Shown: piece by piece, positions 19,998 to 30,481 of the stretch
Layout of the letters: every line of letters begins with the position of its first letter
Numbering within the stretch: the stretch's first letter is position 1
Assembly: GCA_965218435.1 (NCBI GenBank)
Contig: CBDCKW010000009.1
Location: 224,001 to 288,000 of the forward strand
Reading direction: 5' to 3'
DNA from: Truepera sp.
GTDB lineage: Bacteria; Deinococcota; Deinococci; Deinococcales; Trueperaceae
Length of the DNA: 64,000 nucleotides
Program-made: the position numbers and the translations under genes
Notes under the pieces: model-generated
Databases searched by the model: none
Told to the model about the DNA's origin: nothing
Seen by the model: the letters and a program-made list of their open reading frames with translations, nothing else

Positions 19998-21517
19998 GGC
20001 GTGGCCCCCCGTCCCAGTTGCGGCAAGACCTGCCTGATATAGGTGTCCGGCGTCCCTAGTTGTGCGGCAACCTGTTCCGAAAGTGCGTAAACCGGGCCGC
20101 TTAACACGGCGAGCGAAACAAGTAGCGTCCCTGCTATGACGCTCACCCACCACATCCCTTTGGGCAGCGTAACCTTGTGAACCGCGTCTTCGTCACCCCA
20201 AAAAAAGCCGCGCCAAACTGCAATCCCGGCGTAAAGCAGCAGCAGCCCCGACGCGACAGCAACCGTCGCTACGCCGATACGGAGCGCCCCACCGGTTTGT
20301 AACAGCGCCTGAATCAGCGCGAACTTACCGACGAAGCCGCTGGTCGGCGGCAACCCGGCGAGTGCCAGCGCGGCAACAAAGTAAACTGCGCCCAATAGGG
20401 GATACGCGCCTAGATGCCCTTCAGCATGATCACTAAACCGTTCACCGGCGACGAGTTCCGCGAGACCGGCGAGTAAAAAGAGTGTAAAGATGACTAACAC
20501 CGAATTGATGAGATAGTAGAGTGTCGGGGCTAATGCGCCACTGGCGAGCCCCATGACCAAGTAGCCGACCGAGGCGACGTTGGCAAACGCCAAGAGGTGC
20601 CGCCAACGCCGCTGCGCCACTGTACCGAGCGCACCGAACAAAATGCTGAGTCCCGCGAGCAGCAGCAGCGTGTTTTTTACCCCAGTTTCTTCGGGAGCCA
20701 TCAAGGTAAAAAGCCGTAACAGTGCGTAAACGCCGACTTTGGTCAGCATCGCGCCGAAAAATGCGCCGACCGCGCCCGGTACGACCGGGTAGCTGTACGG
20801 CAACCAAAAGCCGAAGGGAAACGTCGCTGCTTTGGTCGCAAACACGAGTGCTAAAAGTGCAACGACGAGCGTGACTCTAGGGTCGCCGGTCACGCCTTGC
20901 AACCGCCCCGCGATGTCGGCCAGGTTAAGGGTGCCGAAAAGACCGTAGGCGAGCCCCGCCGCCGCGACAAAAATGGCTGACGCGACGAGGTTGACGACCA
21001 CGTACTTAAAGCCTTCGCGGAGTTGCGGGAGCGTGCCGCCGATCAGCAGCAGGCCGTACGAGGCGATCAGCATCACCTCAAACGAGACGAACAGGTTAAA
21101 AAGGTCGCCGGTTAAAAACGACATGTTGACGCCCATCAGTAGAAATTGCAAGAGCGCCTGCGTGCCCAATACCTCGCGGGTTTGGTTGAGCGTCGGCGAC
21201 GCCCCCCGGCGCGGCGCGTGGGCTAGGCTCGAGCCCGCATAAATGGTGCTCAGTAACCCGGTCACACCCGAAAGCAGCAGCATAATCCCCGTGAGGCCGT
21301 CCGCGACGAGCGTAATGCCGTACGGCGCAGGCCAACTGCCGAGCTGCGTGACGAGCACCTCACCGGAAAAGCTGAGCACCGCGAGCCAGAGCGACACGAG
21401 CAAAGTAACCAGCGAAACCACCGCCGAGGCGACAGCTCGAGCCCTCGGCGTTTTGAGGAGTAAAGAGAGCGCCCCGCCGAAAAGTGGCACGATAATGGGC
21501 AAGATCAGCGCGTTCAT
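19994..21517 (-). CDS. mrpD: Mrp antiporter subunit D
   Basis: DLFNLFVSFEVMLIASY, WLPYSY, LTKVGVY, GLPPTSGFVGK. Confidence 0.96.
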   Translation of the reverse strand: MNALILPIIVPLFGGALSLLLKTPRARAVASAVVSLVTLLVSLWLAVLSFSGEVLVTQLGSWPAPYGITLVADGLTGIMLLLSGVTGLLSTIYAGSSLAHAPRRGASPTLNQTREVLGTQALLQFLLMGVNMSFLTGDLFNLFVSFEVMLIASYGLLLIGGTLPQLREGFKYVVVNLVASAIFVAAAGLAYGLFGTLNLADIAGRLQGVTGDPRVTLVVALLALVFATKAATFPFGFWLPYSYPVVPGAVGAFFGAMLTKVGVYALLRLFTLMAPEETGVKNTLLLLAGLSILFGALGTVAQRRWRHLLAFANVASVGYLVMGLASGALAPTLYYLINSVLVIFTLFLLAGLAELVAGERFSDHAEGHLGAYPLLGAVYFVAALALAGLPPTSGFVGKFALIQALLQTGGALRIGVATVAVASGLLLLYAGIAVWRGFFWGDEDAVHKVTLPKGMWWVSVIAGTLLVSLAVLSGPVYALSEQVAAQLGTPDTYIRQVLPQLGRGATP

Positions 21518-21942
21518 GAACGCCGCCGCAGTTTTTGCCGGGGTCCTTCATGAGTTTCCGGCGAGACCGACGGGTGTTCAGGGTCGGCGTAGACGCGTTG
21601 CGGCGTCGCCGGATCGGATTTTTCTAACAACTCTTGTACGTGGTCGGTCCCGGTCGCCTGAAACGCCCGCACAGCGAGGACCAAGAGCAGCGCCGTCGTC
21701 CCAAACCCGATCACAATCGCCGTCAAGATCAGGGCTTGGGGCAACGGGTCAACATAGGGGCCTTTAAGGTTGGTTAAGGGCGGGTCGCTGAGCCGCGCCC
21801 CGGCGACGAGCAAGATGGACAAGTTGGTACCGTAAGCGATCATCGAGAGCCCGATAATCAGGCGAATCATCGCCCGCGATAAGACCAAAAAAACTCCGGT
21901 TCCCACGAGCAGCGCCGCGAGCAGCGGCAGCAAAAGTTCCAT
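21514..21942 (-). CDS. mrpC: Mrp antiporter subunit C
   Basis: DPLPQALILTAIVIGF. Confidence 0.96.
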   Translation of the reverse strand: MELLLPLLAALLVGTGVFLVLSRAMIRLIIGLSMIAYGTNLSILLVAGARLSDPPLTNLKGPYVDPLPQALILTAIVIGFGTTALLLVLAVRAFQATGTDHVQELLEKSDPATPQRVYADPEHPSVSPETHEGPRQKLRRRS

Positions 21943-22400
21943 TACAAATCCTCGTTGGGGTCAAACGGTGAAAGCGTCATGTCCGAGTCTTCAGCTAAGA
22001 GTTCGATAATGGTCAGCGTCGCGCCGACGACCACCAAAAAGACCCCGGCGTCAAAGAGCACCGCCGTCGCCCACTCGAACTTACCGATCAGCGGCCACGT
22101 CAGGTAACCGTGACCGGATTTTAAGAACGCTTGCCCGCTCACGAGCGGCACGACGCCGGTGAGAAGCGCGAGCATGAGCCCCCACGGGAGCAACCGTTGC
22201 GGCGGCAAGTTCAAAAAGGGCCGGTCGAGGACGATCCGCGACAAGAGCGCCGCAACCGCGACCACCAGTCCGGCGATAAACCCACCCCCCGGCGCGTTGT
22301 GACCGCGTAAAAAGAGGTAAAACCCTAAAAACACCAGTACCAACACGACAGGTCTGGCAAAGGTTCCGAAGAGCAGCTCGAGCCCGCGTTTATCTGTCAT
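21942..22400 (-). CDS. mrpB: Mrp antiporter subunit B
   Basis: RGHNAPGGGFIAGL, FDAGVFLVV. Confidence 0.96.
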   Translation of the reverse strand: MTDKRGLELLFGTFARPVVLVLVFLGFYLFLRGHNAPGGGFIAGLVVAVAALLSRIVLDRPFLNLPPQRLLPWGLMLALLTGVVPLVSGQAFLKSGHGYLTWPLIGKFEWATAVLFDAGVFLVVVGATLTIIELLAEDSDMTLSPFDPNEDL

Positions 22401-24679
22401 GTTGACCTGTCATCAGCGTCTTCAGGGACGGTTCTGGTCTTCAGCAGTGCGTAGACGCTGATCCCGACAATCGCCAACACGGTAATCTCACCGAGCGTAT
22501 CGTAGCCTCTAAAATCAACCAAAATCACATTGACGACGTTGTAGCCGCCGCCACCCTCTTTGCTCTGAGTCAGAAAAAATGTCTGCAACCGCTCGCCAAT
22601 CGGCGTTTGCACGGCCAAGAGTGCGCCAAAAACCGTCAGCCCGACCGCGCCGGAAATCAGGGTATCGGCGACGGCCGCGCGTCTCGAGCGCCGGTAACGG
22701 GTCAGTTTAGGCAAATAGCGAAACACCGAGACGAACAAAATCACCGTCACGGTTTCAATCAAGAGTTGTGTCAGCGCGAGGTCGGGGGCGCGGAGCGCGA
22801 CGAACAAGAGTACCAGCGAGAACCCTGCCAAACCCGCGAAGATCAGGGCTGAAATCCGGGTCTGGGCGATGATGACGCCATATGACCCTCCAACCACCAA
22901 CAGCGCCGCCGCAAGGAACTCGAGCGGAACCGGCGTGACACTTGTCGGTAGGTATGGCCCTAGCCCAACGAAGGTAAACCCCACCCCGAGGAGCGCGACC
23001 GGCAGCCACAAGAGCCGGAGCTGCGCGGCAAACGTCGCATTTTGGGTTTTCCGCGTGGCGAAGCGGGCGAAGTGCTCCAAGCCGCCCATCAGCGCGTAGT
23101 AGACCGTATTGAGGTTCCGCGCAGGCGTCAGCGCCTGTTGCAACCGTCCAAAGGGACCACGGAGGAAGTACAGTAAGGTCCCGGCTCCCCACGTCCACAA
23201 CGACCAGACCAAAGCCGCGTTGAGACCGTGCCAGAGGTAGAGCGCCTTGGCTTTGAACGCCAAGGCCGGGGCTGCGAGCGCGACGACCGGCGTCGCCAGC
23301 GTCGCGTTCCACGGGAAAACGCCGCAAAGGATGACGAGCACGCTCAGCAGCGCGGTCGGGAGGAGCATCCCTAAAGGCGCTTCGTGAACGTTAGGCCGGT
23401 GGCAACGGTACGGCCCGACAAACACGCTTAAAAATCTGAGGCTGTAGGTGAGGGTCATGACGCTGCCGACCACGGCCAGAACCATTGGCAAGGTGCCGCT
23501 ACGGAGCATCTCTTCGTAAAACAGCTCTTTGGAAATAAAGCCGCCGAACGGGGGCAGCCCCGCCATCGAGAGCGCCGCCGGAACCGCGATCAGAAAGGTC
23601 CAGGGAAGTTTGCGGGCGAGCCCTGAGAGCTCCCGGACGCTGCGGCTCCCCGTTTCGTGGTCAATACTGCCGACGACCAAAAAGAGCGCCGCCTTAAACG
23701 CCGCGTGGTTGACTAGATGCGCGGTGGCCGCAAACGGATACCCCGCGCCGTAAAGCGCCGTCAAGAGACCGAGCTGTGAGACCGTCGAATAGGCTAACAA
23801 TGCCTTGAGGTCGTCTTGCTTCAAGGCCAGATACGAACCCCAAATCATCGTGACGAGTCCCAGATAGAGAAGGCCGCCTGACCACGCGCTGAGGACAAAA
23901 AGCGGTGCAAATTTAGCGAGTAGGACGATCCCGGCCTTGACCATCGTCGCGGAGTGCAGGTACGCCGAGATCGGCGTCGGCGCTTCCATCGCGGTCGGTA
24001 ACCAGATATAAAAGGGAAACTGCGCCGATTTAGTGACGGCGGCAAAGAGTAGCAGCACCAGTGCCGGCACGAAAGAGGGGCTCGAGCGCACCGCCGCGAA
24101 GTCGAGCTGCGACACCTTGACGCTGCCGCCCGCGAGGATCAGCAAGATCACCGAGGCGAGGAGCGCCAACCCGCCCGCTGAGGTAATGACGAGCGCCTTG
24201 ACTGCCCCGTCTTGCGCGGCGCGGCGCGTGTCCCAAAAGCCGATTAAGAGAAATGAGGCGACCGAAGTAAGCTCCCAAAAGGCGAACATGGCGATCAAGT
24301 TGTCGCTCAGGACAAAGCCGAGCATCGCGCCGCCGAAGAGCAGCAAAAACCCGTAAAAGCGCCCGTGCCGTTCTTTCGGCCCGAGATACGACGCCGCGTA
24401 GACCATGACCAGAACGCCCATCACCCCGACGAGCAGGGCAAACAAGAGCGAAAAGCCGTCGGCGCGAAACGAGAGTGAGAGCTCGAGGCCGGGAACCCAC
24501 GCGGCGCTCCCCTGCGCGGGGGTATTTTGCTCTGCTCCCGGAATCAGCGTGGCGAGAGCCAAAGCCGGGACAAAAGCAAGCGCCAGCGGCCAGCCCGCTC
24601 TCGCGCCCAAGGGCCGCGCCAAAAACGGCGCGAGAAGCGCCCCCAAAAACGGTAGCAGCACAGCGAAAACGAGCAGCAT
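22397..24679 (-). CDS. mrpA: Mrp antiporter subunit A
   Basis: FWELTSVASFLLIGF, KSAQFPF, AMEAPTPISAYLHSATMVKAG, NVVNVILVDFRGYDTLGE. Confidence 0.97.
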   Translation of the reverse strand: MLLVFAVLLPFLGALLAPFLARPLGARAGWPLALAFVPALALATLIPGAEQNTPAQGSAAWVPGLELSLSFRADGFSLLFALLVGVMGVLVMVYAASYLGPKERHGRFYGFLLLFGGAMLGFVLSDNLIAMFAFWELTSVASFLLIGFWDTRRAAQDGAVKALVITSAGGLALLASVILLILAGGSVKVSQLDFAAVRSSPSFVPALVLLLFAAVTKSAQFPFYIWLPTAMEAPTPISAYLHSATMVKAGIVLLAKFAPLFVLSAWSGGLLYLGLVTMIWGSYLALKQDDLKALLAYSTVSQLGLLTALYGAGYPFAATAHLVNHAAFKAALFLVVGSIDHETGSRSVRELSGLARKLPWTFLIAVPAALSMAGLPPFGGFISKELFYEEMLRSGTLPMVLAVVGSVMTLTYSLRFLSVFVGPYRCHRPNVHEAPLGMLLPTALLSVLVILCGVFPWNATLATPVVALAAPALAFKAKALYLWHGLNAALVWSLWTWGAGTLLYFLRGPFGRLQQALTPARNLNTVYYALMGGLEHFARFATRKTQNATFAAQLRLLWLPVALLGVGFTFVGLGPYLPTSVTPVPLEFLAAALLVVGGSYGVIIAQTRISALIFAGLAGFSLVLLFVALRAPDLALTQLLIETVTVILFVSVFRYLPKLTRYRRSRRAAVADTLISGAVGLTVFGALLAVQTPIGERLQTFFLTQSKEGGGGYNVVNVILVDFRGYDTLGEITVLAIVGISVYALLKTRTVPEDADDRST

Positions 24680-25662
24680 TACTGAGCGAACGCCCTCAGT
24701 CTTGAGATCACTTTGTTATAACTAGCCAGGTCACCCGCGCGGGGCACCCGGTAAGGGCCGACAAACACCGACGGCGTGCTGTTCACGCCGAGCTGCTGCG
24801 TGGCGACCGCTAAGTCATTCTGGATTTCTTCCCTAAACCGCCCGTCGGCGAGGCACGCCGCCACGCCTTCGTTTGCTAACCCGACCTCCTGAGCCAACCG
24901 GACGAAGTACGGAGCCGCGTCGCCGAGACCTGCCCAAGCCTTTTGCCGCCCAAAAAGCGCGTCGTGATACGTCCAAAAGGCTTCGGGCGTGTTCGCTGCC
25001 GTGACACATTCGGCGGCCTCAGCTGCGAGTAAGGCGTTGGCGTGAATGCTGGTTAAGGGCAGATAGTGATATTCAAAACGCACATCACCACGCGCCAACA
25101 AAGTTTTTTTCAGTTCCGGCAACACCTGAGCTGAATACTGCGCACAAAAAGGGCACTGAAAGTCCGAAAACTCACGGATGACTACGGGAGCGTCTTTCGG
25201 CCCGAGCGTGTGGTTGGACGGCGGAAACCCCTGAGTTTCGGCAAGGTTTAGAGAAAATGTCGTGCGGTACGGTGCGACCTCCCCGGTTACGGCCAACCTC
25301 AAGATGAACTCTTCGACGTTGATAGACACTTCGCCCCGACCGGCGAGTTCAGCGGCCCGCGTCTCTAAAAAGTCGGTCATAGGTCCAGTAAGTCCCGCTC
25401 CGTACCCGGTCGCCGCGCCGACAAGCTGCGCCAGCGCCGTTCGGCCTTTGGGACTGAGCACAGCGTCACCCGAAACGCGGTAGAGTGCGCCGCTACGCTT
25501 GGTGAGCGCAAACGTCACACCGTCTGTGCTATATCCCTGCGCCGTTTTCGTCGGCTTCGGTGCTAATTTTTGTAGCAACTGCGCAGGTGGCAGACCGACC
25601 TGCGCTAGAGCAACGCCATAAGCTAGAACGCCACAGAAGAGCAGAAGAGCCGATCTCCTCAC
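24679..25662 (-). CDS. Exported DsbA/BdbD-like thioredoxin-fold protein
   Basis: Signal peptide; EFSDFQCPFC; GVNSTPS. Confidence 0.92.
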   Translation of the reverse strand: MRRSALLLFCGVLAYGVALAQVGLPPAQLLQKLAPKPTKTAQGYSTDGVTFALTKRSGALYRVSGDAVLSPKGRTALAQLVGAATGYGAGLTGPMTDFLETRAAELAGRGEVSINVEEFILRLAVTGEVAPYRTTFSLNLAETQGFPPSNHTLGPKDAPVVIREFSDFQCPFCAQYSAQVLPELKKTLLARGDVRFEYHYLPLTSIHANALLAAEAAECVTAANTPEAFWTYHDALFGRQKAWAGLGDAAPYFVRLAQEVGLANEGVAACLADGRFREEIQNDLAVATQQLGVNSTPSVFVGPYRVPRAGDLASYNKVISRLRAFAQ

Positions 25663-27164
25663 GCCGTAACCCCGTAAAGCGCCCCGAATTTTTCTTTTAA
25701 GTAACGGATATACGGGCCAGCCTCGAGCTTCTGTCCCGTCGCCCGCTCTAAAAGTTCGGCAGGTTCGTAACGTGAACCGTGCTGATGGATATTTTCGCGG
25801 AGCCAGCCCAAAAGGTTACCGAACTGCCCATGTTGGATGTCTTCTTCAAGCTCAGGCTGCGCGGCTTTTACGGCGTCAAAGAGTTGCGCACTGATCAGGT
25901 TGCCGAGCGTGTAGGTCGGAAAATAGCCGAACATTCCAATAGACCAGTGGATATCTTGCAAACAGCCCTGCGCGTCGTCCGGCGGCGTCACGCCCAAATA
26001 GTCTTCGTATTTGGCGTTCCAAGCTTCGGGCAGGTCGGCGGCCTTTAAGGTGCCTTCTAAGAGGGCGAGCTCGAGTTCAAAGCGCACCATCACGTGCAGG
26101 TTATAGGTCACCTCATCGGCTTCAACCCGGATCAGGCTCGGTGAGACACGGTTGATGGCCCGGTAAAAGTCTTGTTGCGCAACGCTGCCCAGCTGCGCCG
26201 GAAAGGTCTCTTGCAGTTTCGGATAGGCCCACCGCCAAAAACCCTGTGAGCGGCCCACCAGGTTTTCCCACAGCCGCGACTGCGACTCGTGGATTCCCAG
26301 ACTTACGGCAACGCCGAGCGGGGAGCGGTCGTACTCACTGCTGATACCCTGCTCGTACAGCGCGTGCCCCGCCTCGTGCAGCGTGCCGAACAGCGCCGGA
26401 CTTAAAAAGTTCGCGTCGTAACGGGTCGTAACGCGCACGTCGTATTTGCTCATGCTCGTGGCAAACGGGTGCACGGTGCGATCTAAGCGGCCGCGCTCAA
26501 AGTCGTAACCGAAGGCGCGGATGACGCCCACCGCAAACGCCTCTTGTTCAGCTTCTGAAAAGGCTTGGCGGAGCGGCGCGTCCGAGTTTTCCTTATCGCT
26601 AAGCTCACGCAGGAGCGGCACGAGCGCGTCCCTCAGCTCAGCGAAGACGGTGCGGAGCCGCCCGGTACTGCTGCCGCGTTCAAACAGGTCGTGCAGCGCG
26701 TCGTAAGGGTGGGCGTCGTAACCCAGCAGCTCGGCTTGTTGGAGATTAAAGTCCACCATCTTGGCGAGGTGCGGCGCGAACTGCGAAAAATCCGAAGCGG
26801 CCCTGGCCCCCACCCACGCAGCTTGTGCCGCGCTCCGGGCAAGGGTAAAGTCTTCAACGAACGCCCCCGGCAGCTTCGTCGCCTGCTCAAAATTGCGGCG
26901 GACGACGCGTACCAGCGCGGCGTCAGGCGTGTCACCTTCGTCGGCCCCGGCAGCTTCTAAACCCTCCAGCCACTCGCCCAACTGTGGGTCGGTCGCACGT
27001 TTATGGATTACGCCGCCCAGCGTGGCGAGCTGCTGACCGCGAGCGGCGGCCGCGCCGGGTGGCAAGTAGACATTTTGGTCCCAACTAAGGAGAGCTTGGG
27101 CTTGCAGTAAGTCCATCGTCGGGGCGAGCTGCGCCCGCAGGTGCTCGAGATCTTGAACCGTCAT
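25659..27164 (-). CDS. Carboxypeptidase, M32 (Taq) family
   Basis: HPF, DVRVTTR, HEAGHALYEQ, HESQS, IRVEADE, GCLQDIHW. Confidence 0.97.
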   Translation of the reverse strand: MTVQDLEHLRAQLAPTMDLLQAQALLSWDQNVYLPPGAAAARGQQLATLGGVIHKRATDPQLGEWLEGLEAAGADEGDTPDAALVRVVRRNFEQATKLPGAFVEDFTLARSAAQAAWVGARAASDFSQFAPHLAKMVDFNLQQAELLGYDAHPYDALHDLFERGSSTGRLRTVFAELRDALVPLLRELSDKENSDAPLRQAFSEAEQEAFAVGVIRAFGYDFERGRLDRTVHPFATSMSKYDVRVTTRYDANFLSPALFGTLHEAGHALYEQGISSEYDRSPLGVAVSLGIHESQSRLWENLVGRSQGFWRWAYPKLQETFPAQLGSVAQQDFYRAINRVSPSLIRVEADEVTYNLHVMVRFELELALLEGTLKAADLPEAWNAKYEDYLGVTPPDDAQGCLQDIHWSIGMFGYFPTYTLGNLISAQLFDAVKAAQPELEEDIQHGQFGNLLGWLRENIHQHGSRYEPAELLERATGQKLEAGPYIRYLKEKFGALYGVTA

Positions 27165-27247
27165 ACAGGCTAGCTTAACGCACCTTGTGTGAAACGTCGT
27201 CAACCCCCTTCCTAGCGGCCCGGAGCTGCGTGCTATTGTGCAGAGAT

Positions 27248-29002
27248 ATGAACCTCCATATGTCTGAGGCGGCGCGCGCGCTGTTAGAACGTGAACGCCT
27301 CGTCATTACCGACCTCCGGGCGCTGCTGGGCCGCTTAGACGCCCGCGCCGAAGACCAAGCTGAACTCAAAACTGCGCTGAGTGACCTCGAGGGCCTTTTT
27401 CTCCTCGTCGTGTGCGGTGAATACAACGCCGGTAAGTCCACGTTCTTAAATGCCTTATTGGGCGAAAAAGTGATGTTAGAAGGCGTCACCCCAACCACCG
27501 ACCGCATCACCATTGTGACCTACGGCGACGCGCGGCGCGACACCGAAGAGGGCGACCTGATCCTCCGCCGCGAAACCCCCGCCGAGATCTTGCGCGACCT
27601 CGCCTTCGTTGATACGCCCGGTACCAACGCGGTCATCAAACGCCACCAAGAGCTGACCGAACGCTTTGTCCCCCGCGCCGACCTCGTGTTATTCGTCACC
27701 TCCGCCGACCGCCCTTTTACCGAATCCGAGCGGCAGTTTTTAGAACTCATCCGCTCGTGGGGTAAAAAAGTCGTGGTCGTCGTCAACAAGATTGACATTT
27801 TGGACGAAGAAGAACAAAAAAAGGTTCTGGCGTTCGTTCAGGAACACGCTGCTGAAACACTTAAAGAAACCGTCGGCGGCGCACCCCAAGTGTTCGGCGT
27901 CGCCGCGAGAAACGCGTTTAAGGCTCGGGCAGCCGGGGACGAAGCCGCCTTAAAAAAAAGTGGGTTGCCGGAACTCGAGCACTTTATCAGCACCACCATT
28001 GCCGGAGAAACCCGTTTGCAGCTCAAACTCGGAACCCCGCTCGGGGTCGCACAACGCCTCGCTGAACGTTACGGCAGCGTGATCAGTGGCGAATTGGGCC
28101 TGTTGGCGGGCGACCGCCGCACCTTAGAAGAGGTCGAGCGGCAGGTCAGACAGTTCAAAAAAGATATGCGGCGTGAGTTTGAAAGCTACCTCTCGAGGGT
28201 GAAAACGGTGCTCTTAGAGGTCGAGCGGCGCGGCGACGTATTTTTTGACGATACCGTGCGGCTGACTAAAATTTTGCAGCTCATAGACAACGAGCGGATG
28301 CGCGAAGCGTTCCGTGCCCGCGTCATTCGCGGAGCCGACAAAGAGATTGACCGGGCCGTCGCCGAGATGGTGGACTGGTTTATCGGCCGTAATTTGCAAC
28401 TCTGGGAAGACGTGATGACGTTTGTGCAAGAAAGGCGGCAAGCCTCCGACGAACGGGTCATCGGCGAGGTCGGCGGACGGTTTCAGTACGACCGTGACGC
28501 GCTGATTCGGGGCCTCAGTCAGAGCGCCGAAACGGTGATGACGAGCTACAACGAAGACGCCGAGTCGCGCCGTTTAGCCGACGCGATGCAGAGTTCGGCG
28601 CTGCAAACCGGCCTGATTCAAGTTGGCGGGTTGGGCCTCGGCGCAGCGATGGTCGCCTTTTTGTCGGGCGCGGCGCTCGACGCAACCGGGATTTTAGCGG
28701 GCTTGACCGTTGCCGGACTCGGTTTTTTGGTCTTGCCCAACCGCCGCCGCACGGCTAAACGCAACTTGCACGAAGAGATGCAGCGCCTCCGCGACGGGCT
28801 TTCAGAAAGCCTGAACGGACAGTTTGAACGCGAACTAGACCGCTCGGCGGAAAAGCTCAACGCGGCGATTTCGCCGTATACGCGGTTTGTCAAAAGTGAA
28901 GTAGGACGGCTCGAGACCCTTCAGGGTGAGCTCGAGACCGCTACCACCACCCTGCGCACCCTGCGCCGCGAGGTCAATACGCTGTCTGAAAGCGTCAGCT
29001 AG
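27248..29002 (+). CDS. Bacterial dynamin-like GTPase
   Basis: GEYNAGKS, PTT, DTPG, NKID, helical stalk, two hydrophobic paddle segments. Confidence 0.9.
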   Translation: MNLHMSEAARALLERERLVITDLRALLGRLDARAEDQAELKTALSDLEGLFLLVVCGEYNAGKSTFLNALLGEKVMLEGVTPTTDRITIVTYGDARRDTEEGDLILRRETPAEILRDLAFVDTPGTNAVIKRHQELTERFVPRADLVLFVTSADRPFTESERQFLELIRSWGKKVVVVVNKIDILDEEEQKKVLAFVQEHAAETLKETVGGAPQVFGVAARNAFKARAAGDEAALKKSGLPELEHFISTTIAGETRLQLKLGTPLGVAQRLAERYGSVISGELGLLAGDRRTLEEVERQVRQFKKDMRREFESYLSRVKTVLLEVERRGDVFFDDTVRLTKILQLIDNERMREAFRARVIRGADKEIDRAVAEMVDWFIGRNLQLWEDVMTFVQERRQASDERVIGEVGGRFQYDRDALIRGLSQSAETVMTSYNEDAESRRLADAMQSSALQTGLIQVGGLGLGAAMVAFLSGAALDATGILAGLTVAGLGFLVLPNRRRTAKRNLHEEMQRLRDGLSESLNGQFERELDRSAEKLNAAISPYTRFVKSEVGRLETLQGELETATTTLRTLRREVNTLSESVS

Positions 29003-29155
29003 ATTCTGTTGACCCGCTTAGATAAGCTCGAGGCGGTTGTAGCACATTACAAAGAAGTAGTAAACATTCAGAAGTTGGTAGCTTGATTGCGAAAATATCG
29101 TCTCTCACGCATACAAACTACGATAACAAGTCAAAGCAACCCGATTACGAAAGCT

Positions 29156-29186
29156 AAAAAAGCGCAACCCCGTAAGGTTGCGCTTC
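29156..29186 (-). terminator. Intrinsic terminator of the 29201-30025 lipoprotein gene
   Basis: AAGCGCAACC-CGTAA-like loop-GGTTGCGCTT hairpin with an A tract on the + strand. Confidence 0.75.
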
Positions 29187-29200
29187 AAAGCCGTCAAAAC

Positions 29201-30025
29201 TTACTGAATGTTGACGTAACCGCGTTCTCCGCCGAGCACTTTGTTACTCTTAGTGTCTGTTACCTGTGCACGGAAGACGTAGGCAAATTCGCTGCCTGCA
29301 CCGTCTAACTGAGAGATGTCAACCGTGCCTGCCGCGACCGTGATCGGGTAAACGCAGGTCACTTGCGTTGGGCTCGAGCTGAGGTCGCAACCGGTACCGG
29401 TAGGTTCGCCGACGGTAAACCCGCCGCGTGGCGTGCTGCTGAGTGAGCCTCTGAGGTCTGGGGGGCTGGCATTTTGAAGGATGATCTCGATGCTCTGAAT
29501 GCCGTCAGGATCGGTGTAGTCAACCTGTGCGTAAAAGGTACCGGGTGCGCCCACACTAATGATACGGGGATCGCTGTCGGTGTTGATAGCGCCATCAGCA
29601 TCATTTTCAAACGTACCGGTCGCGCTCGTATTGACGCCGAAGTTGCCTTCAGGAAAGCTCGCGGGATCGCCGGTGTTACCGCCGCCGCCACCAGGACCGC
29701 CGGACCCGGTGCCACCACTGACCGTAACCGTCGTTGACTTCGTGCTCGTCCCTTCGGAGCCGGTCGCCGTCAGGGTGTATTCCGTTGTGGTCGTAGGCGT
29801 TACTGTGACGCTGGTCTGATTCGTAACATCGCCGACACCCGAAATTGAGATGCTGGTCGCGCTGGAAGCAACGTTCCAGGTCAGCGTCGAGCTGTCACCC
29901 GGCATGATGGTCGAGGGATTTGCGGAAAAGCTGGTAATTGTTGAGCCGCCCCCTGGTAGAAGATTACAAGCTGCCAAGCTGAGCGTCAGCCCGACAGATA
30001 GAAGTCCTAACTTGCCTGCGTTCAT
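29201..30025 (-). CDS. Surface lipoprotein, short paralog (Ig-like domain plus family core domain)
   Basis: Lipobox LAAC; shares DADG..DPRI..GTFYAQV..TCVYPI.VAAGT..EFAYV..RGYV with the 31.4 kb and 37.3 kb proteins. Confidence 0.85.
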   Translation of the reverse strand: MNAGKLGLLSVGLTLSLAACNLLPGGGSTITSFSANPSTIMPGDSSTLTWNVASSATSISISGVGDVTNQTSVTVTPTTTTEYTLTATGSEGTSTKSTTVTVSGGTGSGGPGGGGGNTGDPASFPEGNFGVNTSATGTFENDADGAINTDSDPRIISVGAPGTFYAQVDYTDPDGIQSIEIILQNASPPDLRGSLSSTPRGGFTVGEPTGTGCDLSSSPTQVTCVYPITVAAGTVDISQLDGAGSEFAYVFRAQVTDTKSNKVLGGERGYVNIQ

Positions 30026-30481
30026 AAAGTTCCTCCTCTTACGTTACGGGCAGCACCCGATACAGCATAAGCGCAAAAGAGTAAGATACTGCCACTACTC
30101 TTTCTACTTTACAAGATACAAGATGAAAAACACATGACGCTTGCACACCGTTTTTGCAAATTTTGTGTATATGTTCTGAGCAGCGCAGCAAAACTGCGTG
30201 GATAACGCGGTGAATTTTTTTATAGCAGCGCGGTCAGGTACCTTTAGCACCAGGCTTAGCTGTCCACCGTAAAGCGCCGACTAAAAAGATGCTGGTACAG
30301 CAACGTTCTCGCCGACGTTATCACCGTAAAACTGATGGAGCGCGAAACGAGGTTTAGTGCGGCTAGACCTTGATACCGCGCTACCCTGGCTACGGGCCTC
30401 ACATACGAATACGTTAGCTGCGGTGCTAAAACCGCAGCTAGCTAAACGCACCGTTGACACCGGTGTCAACCCTCAGCGGAG

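Noticed and set aside
27248..29002. Dynamin-like gene as part of a defence island with the TA array
   Set aside because: It is a single gene in host-like sequence over 4 kb from the array; proximity is the only link
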